Source of the DNA: an uncultured bacterium
GTDB lineage: Bacteria > Verrucomicrobiota > Verrucomicrobiia > Verrucomicrobiales > DEV007
DNA: 19,472 bases
Assembly (NCBI GenBank): GCA_963977015.1
Contig: CAXBMO010000047.1
Span: forward strand, 1 to 19,472
Reading direction: 5' to 3'
The notes beneath the pieces were generated by a model, which was given only the letters and a program-made list of their open reading frames with translations, was not told the DNA's origin and did no database searches. Below are positions 1 to 11,149 of this stretch, piece by piece. Made by a program: the position numbers and the translations under genes. The first letter of the stretch is position 1. Every line of letters starts with the position of its first letter.

Positions 1-305
1 ACCAAATCCTAGCAGAACTATCGTTTTGAGGTGTCCAGGTTTCTGGATCAGGTCACCTGGTGGAGGCCCTGGCGCACGCCCCCGAACCGCTCTCCGTTCC
101 AGAGCCGTCCGCTGACGCGTCCGGCTCTTCCACTCCGAGCAGTTCGGGGGCGTCGCAGGAAGCAGTTGCATCCGCGCCGCCCCTGCTCTAAACACTAACC
201 ACTGCTTCCACGTCTGTCTGCAATTCTAACGATCACAGGGACATCCCCAGAAAGTGATATGGCCCGAGTAGTGGAGGACTGGGCGCGAGCAAATAACATT
301 CAATT

Positions 306-1139
306 ATGAAGGAGCTTATAACCCTGAATGTCTCTGTGGAATCCCTGTCGGCACAGAAGAAAGGGCTTACTAAGAGCTCCTATTGGGTCTTTCAGGAAAT
401 GTGTGACTCCTTTCCTGAATTTGTTCACCCGTCATCTGAATTATTCCACTTTGAAGGTTGCTTGGGAGATGGAGCGACCGATAAGGTCGTAAAAAAACTC
501 ATCTCTCTTGGGGTTGCTTTAATTTGGGAAAAATATCCATTTTCATCGGAAACTCTTGGTCATCAAGTTGAAGGATGTCGTGTTTTTGACAAAACTGATT
601 TTGACAATGCTGAGTATCTTGTTTGCAGACCTGTTGACCAAATCGCTGAGCAAAGAGGTGATCCTGATAGTAACGGGGTTTTGGACTTTAAGGCAGATAC
701 TTGGAAAAAGAGTAAGCCAATTGGATACGCATGGTACGGAGGCGTATATTGTTTAGATACTTTTTACCATGAAATCTCATGTTTATTTCCCGAGGTAACC
801 AAGCGAGGGGTTAGAGGTAAGGCTCCTATTGTTGAATTGTCATCTTCGGTTATCTTGCCTCAAGTGATGAACACGGTTGTAGACGAAGCCTCAGGAGAGG
901 TGCTTAAAGGTGAAAAAAGAAAAGGCTGCGCGATTCAAGACATTTTTATGCCACACCAACCTCAGTACGACCGCAAGGTCCTGCCAAGTAGTTTCGATGT
1001 TGCTATAACAATGGAAACGTGGCACTGGCCTCAGGTCAGAAATGCAGCTCGTCCTTGGGTAATTGCTTCAAAGCGATTTTCCTCTTGGTGTAAACAAAAC
1101 AGACTTAACATCGACTGGGTCCCCGTTGATTTGGTTTGA
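306..1139 (+). CDS. Hypothetical protein in an AT-rich island; possibly a polymorphic-toxin immunity-type protein
   Basis: 277-aa ORF, clearly more AT-rich than the flanking core genes. The start overlaps an upstream stop (ATGA at 306-309). The C-terminus (VIASKRFSSWCKQNRLNIDWVPV) loosely resembles the tail of Imm11/DUF1629-like proteins; the function call is weak. Confidence 0.7.
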   Translation: MKELITLNVSVESLSAQKKGLTKSSYWVFQEMCDSFPEFVHPSSELFHFEGCLGDGATDKVVKKLISLGVALIWEKYPFSSETLGHQVEGCRVFDKTDFDNAEYLVCRPVDQIAEQRGDPDSNGVLDFKADTWKKSKPIGYAWYGGVYCLDTFYHEISCLFPEVTKRGVRGKAPIVELSSSVILPQVMNTVVDEASGEVLKGEKRKGCAIQDIFMPHQPQYDRKVLPSSFDVAITMETWHWPQVRNAARPWVIASKRFSSWCKQNRLNIDWVPVDLV

Positions 1140-1353
1140 TCTTTGTGGGGGATTCTTAGTAATTTGATTAAATGTCAAAGTTCGATTCGCCAAACAATCT
1201 TGGTTTTGATTGTAAGAAGAATGTGGATTACTGGCAAAAAGATACGGTCATGGTAATTCTCTTGGTGAATAAAACAATAATTAGATGCTATGGGGGGCGG
1301 GCTTTTTTTACGTAGAATATCGTCATAACCATAAATGCGTCCCTCTTGAACGC

Positions 1354-1387
1354 AAAACAGCGGCGCCCAAGGGACGCCGCTGTCTTT
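1354..1387 (-). terminator. Intrinsic terminator of metK-ahcY
   Basis: Stem ACAGCGGCG (1357-1365) / CGCCGCTGT (1375-1383), followed by TTTT on the minus strand, about 40 bp after the ahcY stop. Confidence 0.75.
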
Positions 1388-1425
1388 GGTAATTGAAGGG
1401 GTAAAGACCCCATTGGAGTGCTGAC

Positions 1426-2859
<1,434 letters not shown>

Positions 2860-2895
2860 GAGTCAGTTGTTCAGTAGAGTAGTTGAGTGGGGTGG

Positions 2896-4077
2896 TTAGC
2901 TGACGCCGGCTGCGGATTGGAGCTGAGACACGCGGTTCGTATCTTCCCAGGTGAGGGCGTCGAGGTCGTCTTCGCGTCCAAAGTGACCGTAGTTGGTCGA
3001 CTTGCGGTAGATGGCGCGCTTGAGGTTGAGTTGATCGACGATGTCGGCAGGCTTGAAGGAGAAAACTTCCTTCACGGCACGCTGAATCGCGGCTTCTTCA
3101 ATGGTGTTGGAACCGAAGGTCGCGACATTGATGCTGACCGGATCCGGGTGACCGATGGCGTAGGCAACCTGGAGTTCGCAACGATAGGCGAGATCGGCCG
3201 CCACGATGTTTTTGGCAACCCAGCGGCAGAAATACGCGGCCGAGCGGTCGACTTTGGAAGGGTCTTTTCCGGAAAAGGCGCCTCCTCCGTGTCTTCCCAT
3301 TCCGCCGTAGGTATCGACGATGATTTTGCGTCCGGTGAGACCGCAATCGCCTTCCGGACCGCCAATGATGAAGATGCCGGTCGGGTTGATCAGGAGTTCG
3401 GTGTCATCCGTCAGGAGATTTTCCGGCAACTCCTTGCGGACGAGATCTTCTTCGAGGATTTCGCGAATCTCGGGAGTGGTGATGTCCTTGCTGTGTTGGG
3501 TTGAAACGACGACGGCGGTGATGCGCTCGGGCTCGCCTTGATCGTTGTATTGAATCGAAACCTGAGTCTTGGAATCGGGGCGCAACCAGGAGTGCGTGCC
3601 GTTCTTGCGCAAGTCGGTCAATGCTTTGCCGAGTTGGTGAGAGTAGGCGACCGGTGCCGGCATCAAGCTTGGCGTCTCTTTGACCGCGAAACCGAACATG
3701 AGGCCCTGATCGCCAGCACCCTGCTCGTCGGTGGTCTTGTCCTGCGCTCCGCCGACATCCACGCCTTGCGCGATGTCTGGAGACTGCTGGCCGAGGGCGT
3801 TGGTGAGGAAGAAGGTGTCGGCGTTGAACTTGCAGTCGTCGTTGGTGTAGCCGATCTCGGTGATCGCCTCCTTGACGATTTTCTGGTAGTCGAAATCAGC
3901 TTTGGTCGTGATTTCTCCGCCCAAAACGACGAGATTATCTTTGACCATCGTTTCACAAGCAACCCGGCTATCGGGATCTTGTTCGAGACAGGCGTCGAGC
4001 ACGCTGTCACTGATGGTATCGCTTACTTTGTCGGGGTGACCCTCGGTTACGGATTCGGAAGAGAAGATAAAAGCCAT
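2896..4077 (-). CDS. metK: S-adenosylmethionine synthetase
   Basis: Motifs [44 protein letters not shown] and [19 protein letters not shown]. Confidence 0.99.
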   Translation of the reverse strand: MAFIFSSESVTEGHPDKVSDTISDSVLDACLEQDPDSRVACETMVKDNLVVLGGEITTKADFDYQKIVKEAITEIGYTNDDCKFNADTFFLTNALGQQSPDIAQGVDVGGAQDKTTDEQGAGDQGLMFGFAVKETPSLMPAPVAYSHQLGKALTDLRKNGTHSWLRPDSKTQVSIQYNDQGEPERITAVVVSTQHSKDITTPEIREILEEDLVRKELPENLLTDDTELLINPTGIFIIGGPEGDCGLTGRKIIVDTYGGMGRHGGGAFSGKDPSKVDRSAAYFCRWVAKNIVAADLAYRCELQVAYAIGHPDPVSINVATFGSNTIEEAAIQRAVKEVFSFKPADIVDQLNLKRAIYRKSTNYGHFGREDDLDALTWEDTNRVSQLQSAAGVS

Positions 4078-4102
4078 GGTCTTAGATGAAGAACATATTT
4101 AC

Positions 4103-4122
4103 AAATCGTGATATGTTGATGT
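4103..4122. promoter_or_regulatory. Candidate SahR operator in the divergent metK/regulator intergenic region
   Basis: 20-bp imperfect dyad AAATCGTG-ATAT-GTTGATGT (minus strand ACATCAAC-ATAT-CACGATTT) in a 61-bp intergenic region. Resembles the ATATCAA-N6-TTGATAT-type SahR motif as I recall it; one half-site is good and one is degenerate. Confidence 0.55.
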
Positions 4123-4138
4123 ATTGGACTGGAAACTG

Positions 4139-5068
4139 ATGGCGTCAATCTTAAAATCGCTTCGTGGACTGGCCGATCCTACCCGGCTCCGAATTTTGTT
4201 CCTCCTGCAGAAAGAAAATCTGACGGTGGCCGAGTTGCAGGAAATCCTCGCCATGGGGCAGTCGCGCATTTCGACACAACTCGCGCAGCTCAAGAAAGCG
4301 GGCCTGGTGACAGACCGGCGATCCGGCAAGAATGTGATTTATGGATTGGATACCGGGGACGAGAGCCTGGACCTGACGTCCCTGCTGAATGCCGCGCGGC
4401 TGGAAGTGGATGAGGCGCCGAAAGACGAGGCGGCGCTGGATTTGTTGCTCCGAAAGCGGGGCGATCAGATGCGGGCGTATTTTGACCAATTGGCGGGAAA
4501 GTTTGGCCGAAGTTATCTTCCGGGCCGCAGTTGGAAGTCGCTGGCCGAGACGCTTCTGAAACTGATGCCGCCGATGGTGATCGCGGACCTGGGAGCCGGC
4601 GAGGGGACGTTTTCGCAACTGTTGGCGCAACGGGCGGAACGGGTTATCGCGATCGACAACGCCGAGAAAATGGTCGAATACGGCGCGGATCTGGCCCGCC
4701 AAAACGGCGTGAAGAATCTGGAATATCGCCTTGGCGACCTCGAAAATCCGCCGATCGAACCGGAAACGGTGGATTTGGCGTTCTTCAGCCAGGCGCTCCA
4801 TCACGCGAACAAACCGGAACGAGCGGTGGAAGCCGCGTTCGAGATTCTCAAGCCGGGGGGCCGGATCGTAATTCTGGATCTCTTAAAACACACGTTCGAG
4901 GAGGCGCGCGAAATCTACCTGGATACCTGGCTCGGGTTTGCCGAGGTCGAATTGCACGATTTTCTGAAATCTGCTGGCTTTTCGGCGATTGAGATGACGA
5001 TTGTCGACCGTGAAAGCGAGCATCCGCACTTCAACACGCTCCTCAGCATTGCAACCAAACCTTCCTAG
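4139..5068 (+). CDS. sahR: ArsR-family HTH + class I SAM-methyltransferase-domain transcriptional regulator (SahR type)
   Basis: N-terminal LADPTRLRIL...LTVAELQEIL..GQSRISTQLAQLKKAGLV (ArsR wHTH); C-terminal DLGAGEG SAM/SAH-binding motif; divergent from metK-ahcY. ATG at 4139 preferred over TTG at 4124. Confidence 0.9.
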   Translation: MASILKSLRGLADPTRLRILFLLQKENLTVAELQEILAMGQSRISTQLAQLKKAGLVTDRRSGKNVIYGLDTGDESLDLTSLLNAARLEVDEAPKDEAALDLLLRKRGDQMRAYFDQLAGKFGRSYLPGRSWKSLAETLLKLMPPMVIADLGAGEGTFSQLLAQRAERVIAIDNAEKMVEYGADLARQNGVKNLEYRLGDLENPPIEPETVDLAFFSQALHHANKPERAVEAAFEILKPGGRIVILDLLKHTFEEAREIYLDTWLGFAEVELHDFLKSAGFSAIEMTIVDRESEHPHFNTLLSIATKPS

Positions 5069-5072
5069 ACTT

Positions 5073-5858
5073 TTGAATCGAATTTTCTCCCTCGCGACGA
5101 TCTTCACGTTTTTGACCGTTTCACTTCCGGCGGCGGATTGGAAGATGGTGAATGAGACGGCGCGCACTGAACGGAGCGCGCCCGATTTGCTCTATGTGAA
5201 GCGACTGGTGCAGGCGACTCCGGGGCGGGTGGCGGCGGTTGAACTCACCTTTTTTCGTTCCTCGGAGTGTCGACTCGATGTCATTGATCTGCCGAATCGT
5301 GCGTCGCTGAATGCGACCGCCTTTGCGACCAAATTTGAGGAGCGATCCTGTTTTGCGGGCGTCAACGGCGGTTTCTTTACCCCGGAACATCAGCCGATGG
5401 GCCTGGTCGTTTCCGATGGGAAACGGATCAATCGCTTTTCGTCGACGAGGCTTTTGAGCGGCGTTGTTTATTCGGATCACAAGGGAATCCATATCGTCCG
5501 GAGAAGCGCGTTTCGCGATCACCCAAAAATCAATGCCCTGCTCCAATCCGGCCCATATCTCGTTGAGAATGCCCAAGGAATTCGTGGGCTGGAAGCTACG
5601 AAATCACGCCGTCGATCCTTCATCGCGACGGATTGGCGGGGAAACTGGGCGATTGGCGCGACGTCTTCCGTGACGCTCGCGGAACTGGCCGAAATCCTGG
5701 CGAGCTCCAATCCGGTGACGGGTTGGAAAGTGAATCGCGCCCTCAACCTGGACGGAGGTTCGTCGACCGGTTTTTTCTACGATCGAACGACGGGCGGCGA
5801 TATTTCCGACCCACCGTGGAAATCGGTGCGGAACCTTCTCGGCGTTCGCGCGAAGTAG
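5073..5858 (+). CDS. Phosphodiester glycosidase (NAGPA/DUF2233) family exported protein
   Basis: Motifs GVNGGFF, LLQSGPYLV and ALNLDGGSST. Start moved to TTG 5073, which gives a signal peptide (MNRIFSLATIFTFLTVSLPA) and removes the overlap with the upstream gene. Confidence 0.85.
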   Translation: MNRIFSLATIFTFLTVSLPAADWKMVNETARTERSAPDLLYVKRLVQATPGRVAAVELTFFRSSECRLDVIDLPNRASLNATAFATKFEERSCFAGVNGGFFTPEHQPMGLVVSDGKRINRFSSTRLLSGVVYSDHKGIHIVRRSAFRDHPKINALLQSGPYLVENAQGIRGLEATKSRRRSFIATDWRGNWAIGATSSVTLAELAEILASSNPVTGWKVNRALNLDGGSSTGFFYDRTTGGDISDPPWKSVRNLLGVRAK

Positions 5859-5859
5859 C

Positions 5860-6582
5860 CTACTTGCCAACCGCGAGTCGACTTGCGAGCATTTCAGGCA
5901 GGCCGACGTCTTTGATTTTTTGCTGCGCGGTCGCCAGATCGTATTCCAGGCGGCGGATGGTCACCTCCATGTTTTCGGCGTCGTAAATCGCATAGCACGA
6001 TCTCCAATCGCCATCGCGGGGCTGGCCAACGCTTCCCGCGTTGATGAAGTATTTGCGGCCGGTCTCGATGTGAATGGTATCTCCAGCCACCGCATCAACG
6101 GAGCCGTCCTTGACATAAAATCGCGGCGTATGGGTGTGCCCGTGAAAGCAGACGGGAGTGAATTGATAGCTGAAGCTCGCCATCGCATCGAATTTGTTGG
6201 TGACGTAGCCCCAGCCACTTGGGGTGTCCAATGTGGCGTGAACAATCGTGAAATCGCGCACCTGACGCACCATTTTCATGGTTCTGAGCCACTCGCGATC
6301 TTCCTCGCTCAAGTTCTCGCGAGTCCAGCGCAACGCGTGAGCCGCCAACGGGTTGAGTGCATCCAACTGGGTGTCGATGGAGGCTTCCTCATCGTGATTC
6401 CCCTTCACCACCGGACAATCCAAATCACGAACGATTTTTACGCATTCGGTCGGGTTGGCATTGTATCCGACAACATCCCCCAAACAGACATAGTGAGTGC
6501 AGTCATTGTTGGCTGCATCCATGAGAACCGCTTCAAGAGCTTCGAGATTAGCGTGGATGTCGCCAAAGACCGCGTATTTCAT
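5860..6582 (-). CDS. Metallophosphoesterase (calcineurin-like) family protein
   Basis: Motifs GDIHAN, LGDVVGY, KGNHD, GHTH and NAGSVGQPRDGD. Confidence 0.95.
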   Translation of the reverse strand: MKYAVFGDIHANLEALEAVLMDAANNDCTHYVCLGDVVGYNANPTECVKIVRDLDCPVVKGNHDEEASIDTQLDALNPLAAHALRWTRENLSEEDREWLRTMKMVRQVRDFTIVHATLDTPSGWGYVTNKFDAMASFSYQFTPVCFHGHTHTPRFYVKDGSVDAVAGDTIHIETGRKYFINAGSVGQPRDGDWRSCYAIYDAENMEVTIRRLEYDLATAQQKIKDVGLPEMLASRLAVGK

Positions 6583-6674
6583 TCGTTAGTTTGTCCGAAA
6601 ATGGGGTTGGTGTAAGCCCGGGATCGAAGCTCACATCATCGAACGAACACCTTTCGGCTGCCTTGCCTTCGTTT

Positions 6675-7535
6675 TCAAGGGCGAATCGGGCTGATTATCC
6701 GCATTCTCTCGTTCTCGACCCGCTCGGGAATGCGTTGGGATTGGGGAATGCCCAGCTTCTCCTCGAGATCACGAATACTGACGATCAGGGTCGGTCGCCA
6801 GACCATGACGCCTTGTTGGATCAAGACCTGTTTGCCCTGTTCGTAGATCCGCATGAGCACTTCATACGCTTTTTTCTCCTCTCCCGGACACTTGGCCAAT
6901 TGGTAGGCGTAAAAGCGGTAAAAGAAGCTCGGCGCGTTTGGAATCCGGCTGGCTTCCAGGTAGATTTGGGCGGTGGCACAGGGATCTTTAAATCGTTCGC
7001 GATAAACGCCTCCCAAATCCCGCCAAAGCCACGGATCGTGAGGATTCCACTTGATGCCCTGTCGCAAAATCGCTTCGCCACGGCGTTCATATTCCTTGGC
7101 GCGCGGCTCGCGAAGCGGTTCCGGCAGGGTGCGATCGTCCAGGCGATACCAGGCGCTCGCGTTGGCGTAGAGGTGCCACGCTCCGGTCGCCCAACTCTCC
7201 GCATCCCGTGGTTGAAGCAGCATCACCAGCCGATATTTCTCCTCCAACTGATCCCAATCCTGCGTTTCCCAGAAGGCGTTTGCTTTCAGGGTGAAAAACG
7301 TGGCCACCATGTATCGCAAACCTCCCAAAATCCCGATAAACCCCTGAACGCCAATCTGTTCGGTGGCTGATGATGCCTGGTGTTGGGGCAGGAACCCTTC
7401 GGAACGAAGATTCTTGAGCAGCGAATTCTCAATCGGAACCCGGACGAATCCCGCCAGAATCACGACGGTCAGAACCAACGTCAGTTTGTGCGGCAGGAGC
7501 CGTGCGAATTTGAGAATGGGTTCGGGAAGCTTCAT
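6675..7535 (-). CDS. Hypothetical membrane-anchored helical-repeat (TPR-like) protein in the ABC transporter operon
   Basis: 286-aa ORF 9 bp downstream of the permease; N-terminal hydrophobic segment; TPR-like stretch AILRQGIKWNPHDPWLWRDLG. Confidence 0.8.
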   Translation of the reverse strand: MKLPEPILKFARLLPHKLTLVLTVVILAGFVRVPIENSLLKNLRSEGFLPQHQASSATEQIGVQGFIGILGGLRYMVATFFTLKANAFWETQDWDQLEEKYRLVMLLQPRDAESWATGAWHLYANASAWYRLDDRTLPEPLREPRAKEYERRGEAILRQGIKWNPHDPWLWRDLGGVYRERFKDPCATAQIYLEASRIPNAPSFFYRFYAYQLAKCPGEEKKAYEVLMRIYEQGKQVLIQQGVMVWRPTLIVSIRDLEEKLGIPQSQRIPERVENERMRIISPIRP

Positions 7536-7544
7536 CAGGTTCGC

Positions 7545-8486
7545 TCAAAGTTCCTTGTCCACGAAGATCAACTGGCTCAGCAGAAGAAAGAGAGCGAGGT
7601 AGAAAAAGCCGAGTCCCGTCATCTGCAGGGCCGCACCCGTCGCCAGCGTTGAGCCGGTGATCACTTCATCGACGACGTCAAACATCGCCAGATTGGGAAA
7701 CAGGAGTCTGAGGAGATTCGAGACGATGATTCCTCCCAGTCCGACCCCTTCGTCGAACCAGTAGTCCATCGCGATTTGGTGAAAGTGCCCGATGAACACG
7801 ACCATCGTCGTCGAGACAATCGTGAAGAGCGAACTGGAGGCAAAGGTCGAGATGAAAAGCGTCACCACGGTGATGACGCTCGCCTTGAGAAACAGCGCCC
7901 AGAATCCCCAGAACAGGCTGAGGGTGACGCCCTGCTTCCGGGCCGCTTCGATGGTTCGGGCCTGATCCTCCATACTGATCGCTTCGCCTTTCGCCGCGAA
8001 TTGCAGTTCCGACATCATCTGGACTTCCACCGCGGGAATTTTCCACATGACGAGCAGGCACATGAGCCCAAACATCGCGAACAGGGCGATCGCGTTGACC
8101 GAAATCACGCCGAGGAGGCGCCCCGCCAGGTATTCGAACCGGGGAACCGGTTTGGAGAGAATGGTGTAAAGCGTTCGATCCTCCACATCGCGAGGGAGGA
8201 GGAGGGACGTCGCCGAGATGGAATAGACCATCGAGAAGACATACATCGCTCCGAACGACCACCGTTTGATCTGCAATAGGTGATCAACCGGCTGCCACAA
8301 CAGCCCAATCGCCACGATCACGAGGATCAAAGCCGCGAAAACGAGGAGAAAGTAGAACACCTTCATCCGCACGAGCTGCACGATCGTGTTCTGCGCCAGA
8401 ACCCAGATGCGGGAAGGCGAAAACGCGAATGCCGGCAGAATCGAAGACGGCTGATCTTGGGAAGTTGTCGAGTGGTCGGAATTCAC
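7545..8486 (-). CDS. ABC-2 type transporter permease
   Basis: About six TM segments; motif LPRDVEDRTLYTILSKPVPRFEYLAGRLLG; adjacent to the ABC ATPase. GTG start is uncertain. Confidence 0.9.
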   Translation of the reverse strand: MNSDHSTTSQDQPSSILPAFAFSPSRIWVLAQNTIVQLVRMKVFYFLLVFAALILVIVAIGLLWQPVDHLLQIKRWSFGAMYVFSMVYSISATSLLLPRDVEDRTLYTILSKPVPRFEYLAGRLLGVISVNAIALFAMFGLMCLLVMWKIPAVEVQMMSELQFAAKGEAISMEDQARTIEAARKQGVTLSLFWGFWALFLKASVITVVTLFISTFASSSLFTIVSTTMVVFIGHFHQIAMDYWFDEGVGLGGIIVSNLLRLLFPNLAMFDVVDEVITGSTLATGAALQMTGLGFFYLALFLLLSQLIFVDKEL

Positions 8487-8495
8487 AGAAGTCGA

Positions 8496-9383
8496 CTAGG
8501 TTGGGTTTAAAGGTGTTTTTTCCGGAGCATCCTGGGCGTCGGTCGCGTCGAGGAAGAGTCGTTCGAGCGAGGTTCGTGGTTTTCCGCTTCGGACCAGTCG
8601 CGCCTCCTTCTCCTCGTCGATCAGGTTCCGAATTTTGCCCAACAATTCCGGGTTCGCGCCTTCCAGAATCAGTTCTTCCTGGCCTTCAACTTTGGTGAGT
8701 TCCTCCAGCGTCCCCTCGCGCACCATGCGGCCCTGTGACATGATGCCAACGCGATCGCAGACTTCCTGAACCTGTTCGAGCAGGTGCGAACACAGAATCA
8801 CCGATTTTCCGCTCTCTTTCATTTGGAAGACGAGGTCACGAATCGCCCGCGAGCCCCGGGGATCGACACCGGCCGTTGGTTCGTCCAGCACGACCAGTCG
8901 CGGCTCATGGATGACGGCCTGGGCCAGACCGATTCGCTGCAGCATTCCTTTCGAGTAACCGCTCAACTGGCGTTCTGCGGCTTTCTCCAATCCGACCATC
9001 TTCAGCAGCTCCGGAATCCGTTCGTCGAGATGCTGACGACTCAACCCACAAAGCCTCCCGTAAAATCGCAGGGTCTCCCGTCCGGACAGGTGTTTGTAAA
9101 AGTAGGGATTCTCCGGCAGAAACCCGACATCCGCGCGGCTGCCGACCTTTCCGCTATCGACTCCGAAAACCGCGGTTGACCCCATCGTCGCGCGAATCAG
9201 CCCCAGAATCACCTTCATCGTGGTCGATTTTCCCGACCCGTTTGGACCGATCAGCCCGTAAACCTCGCCTTCACCGACATGAAAGCTCAAATCGATCACG
9301 GCGGCGACTTTTTGGCGCATGAACGAGGTGTGAAACACCTTGGTCAGGTTTTCAACAAGGACGGCTGGAGGGGCTTGGCTCAT
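8496..9383 (-). CDS. ABC transporter ATP-binding protein
   Basis: Walker A GPNGSGKST, signature YSKGM, Walker B VVLDEP, H-loop CSH. Confidence 0.97.
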   Translation of the reverse strand: MSQAPPAVLVENLTKVFHTSFMRQKVAAVIDLSFHVGEGEVYGLIGPNGSGKSTTMKVILGLIRATMGSTAVFGVDSGKVGSRADVGFLPENPYFYKHLSGRETLRFYGRLCGLSRQHLDERIPELLKMVGLEKAAERQLSGYSKGMLQRIGLAQAVIHEPRLVVLDEPTAGVDPRGSRAIRDLVFQMKESGKSVILCSHLLEQVQEVCDRVGIMSQGRMVREGTLEELTKVEGQEELILEGANPELLGKIRNLIDEEKEARLVRSGKPRTSLERLFLDATDAQDAPEKTPLNPT

Positions 9384-9401
9384 GGAGATGGGAAACGAGA
9401 C

Positions 9402-9674
9402 CTACCGAATGTTGAAGCCAACGACTTCGTCAAGGGGCTCTGCTTCGGAAATATCGACTTTTTGGATGTGGTGAGCGAGGGAGCTATCGCGGATTTCCTG
9501 AACAAATCCATTCACTTCTTCTTCCTCGTCGCCCTGGACCATGAGTTCGACTCTGCCATCAGGAAGATTTTTGACCCAACCCGAGATGTCGAATTCCTTC
9601 GCGAGTTGCTTGGTGGTGAACCGGAAGCCAACGCCTTGGACGCGGCCTTCAAAGAATACATGTTTGGCAGTCAT
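9402..9674 (-). CDS. acyP: Acylphosphatase
   Basis: 90 aa with GRVQGVGFR and GWVKNLPDGRVE. Confidence 0.96.
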   Translation of the reverse strand: MTAKHVFFEGRVQGVGFRFTTKQLAKEFDISGWVKNLPDGRVELMVQGDEEEEVNGFVQEIRDSSLAHHIQKVDISEAEPLDEVVGFNIR

Positions 9675-9810
9675 GACTGGGATGGTAGGAGATGATGCGT
9701 GGGCTGAGTTACCGTTTCGTTACGGCATTGTCCGTAATTGGCGACAATTTTTCATTGGCAGCAAAGGAGAGATCTGGGATTCTGTAAGGGTAATAACGAA
9801 GAAGCGAACT

Positions 9811-10434
9811 ATGGAAATTGAGGCTGGGGTCAATGAGCAAATCAAAACGTTGCTTCGGGATGGGCAGACCGAAGTGGCGGTTCGCTTGTTGGTTGCGAAC
9901 TCGGATCTGAATTCCGAAGCGGCAAGTGCTCACATCGCTGAGATCGCGAAAAACGTAAGGACTGAACCGGTCATTCCAACCGCGTCGGTGGATTTCCTGC
10001 ATGCCAAGCAGGAAGAGAAACAGGCGGCGGATTATCGAAAGCCCGTTAAGAATCCAGGCCGGTTCCTGTGGCCGTTCCGTTTCGCCCTTCGGCATCTCCT
10101 TTGCCTCACCCAGCTAGCTGTCATGTTTGTCGCGGGTGGTATTTTGGGGGCCGTTTGCGGGGCCATTGGTTATTTCCTGAATCTGCGGGTTTTTCGAGCC
10201 GGTTACCGGTGGTTCACCGCATTTTTCGCCTATCTTCTGGCCATCGTCGCATCCCTTGCCCTTTACCTGTTTGGAGCGGTTGCGATGGAGATCTTTCTGC
10301 CCGCGGAAGAAGTGGAGAAGTATCGGAATTTTGACGTGACGCCTTATCTGCCGATGGATGAAATTCGGGAGGCGATCCCTTCGGAAGTCGAGCTCCCAGG
10401 TCAGGAAGGCTCTGATCGCGAAGGGGGAACCTGA
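9811..10434 (+). CDS. Hypothetical membrane protein
   Basis: The ORF-track start at 9541 overlaps acyP on the opposite strand. ATG 9811 gives 207 aa with a soluble N-terminus and two to three hydrophobic helices. Confidence 0.75.
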   Translation: MEIEAGVNEQIKTLLRDGQTEVAVRLLVANSDLNSEAASAHIAEIAKNVRTEPVIPTASVDFLHAKQEEKQAADYRKPVKNPGRFLWPFRFALRHLLCLTQLAVMFVAGGILGAVCGAIGYFLNLRVFRAGYRWFTAFFAYLLAIVASLALYLFGAVAMEIFLPAEEVEKYRNFDVTPYLPMDEIREAIPSEVELPGQEGSDREGGT

Positions 10435-11084
10435 TCATCCCATTTCGCCACTCTTCTGGAAACGGTCTGCACGATGAGCCAGAGCACCGGCGGAATCACC
10501 AGGCTGAGGAGGGTCGCCAGGGGGAGATTCTCGTGTCCGAAGTGCCCGATCGCAGCAAAGACGAAGCCGAGCGGAAGGTTGCCACATGCCAGCGCGAGAA
10601 CATAGAGGCGAAGTGGCATCCTGGCCAGGCCTGCGGAACAGGCGATGATTTCCGGCAACATCGGCAGCCAGCGGGAGAGAGCCACGATCCACCCTCCACG
10701 CTTTTTGAACATCTGTTCGGCACGTTCCAAATCGCCTTGCCCGATGAAGCGTAGCGCCATGCCGCGGCCAAAACGGCGGCAAAGCCAGTAGGCGAGCAGT
10801 CCGGAAAGAATCGACCCCGCCGCTCCGAGCAAGCCGCCAATCAGGATGCCGTATCTCCAGCCCAAACCCGCGATGATGAGCGTGTTGGGAAGCGGGAGAA
10901 AGAGATCGGAGACAAGGAGGGTGATTCCGGCGAGCCAGGCCCAGGACTTGAAGCCGTCCAGCCAGGCGCGGGATCCTTCCCACGTGAACATCGCCTCAAA
11001 GTAGTCGCCCCAGATCAGGAAGGGGACGAGCACGAGGAGCGCCAAGGTGAGAAAAAGCGGGACAAGCCGTGACGAAGGGGGCAT
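10401..11084 (-). CDS. DedA/TVP38/TMEM64 (VTT domain) membrane protein
   Basis: Motifs DLFLPLP, AYWLCRRFGR, ALSRWLPMLPE and AGLARMP. ATG 11084 preferred over the longer ORF start. Confidence 0.9.
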   Translation of the reverse strand: MPPSSRLVPLFLTLALLVLVPFLIWGDYFEAMFTWEGSRAWLDGFKSWAWLAGITLLVSDLFLPLPNTLIIAGLGWRYGILIGGLLGAAGSILSGLLAYWLCRRFGRGMALRFIGQGDLERAEQMFKKRGGWIVALSRWLPMLPEIIACSAGLARMPLRLYVLALACGNLPLGFVFAAIGHFGHENLPLATLLSLVIPPVLWLIVQTVSRRVAKWDDQVPPSRSEPS

Positions 11085-11149
11085 GATTTCGATGGAGGTA
11101 TGAAGCTTCGATACCAAAGCCCCTAAACAGCAACTGCAACCTGCACGCC

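Noticed and set aside
2860-2895. SAH/SAM riboswitch upstream of ahcY
   Set aside because: The 36-bp spacer is too short and shows no recognisable aptamer; a protein regulator is adjacent.
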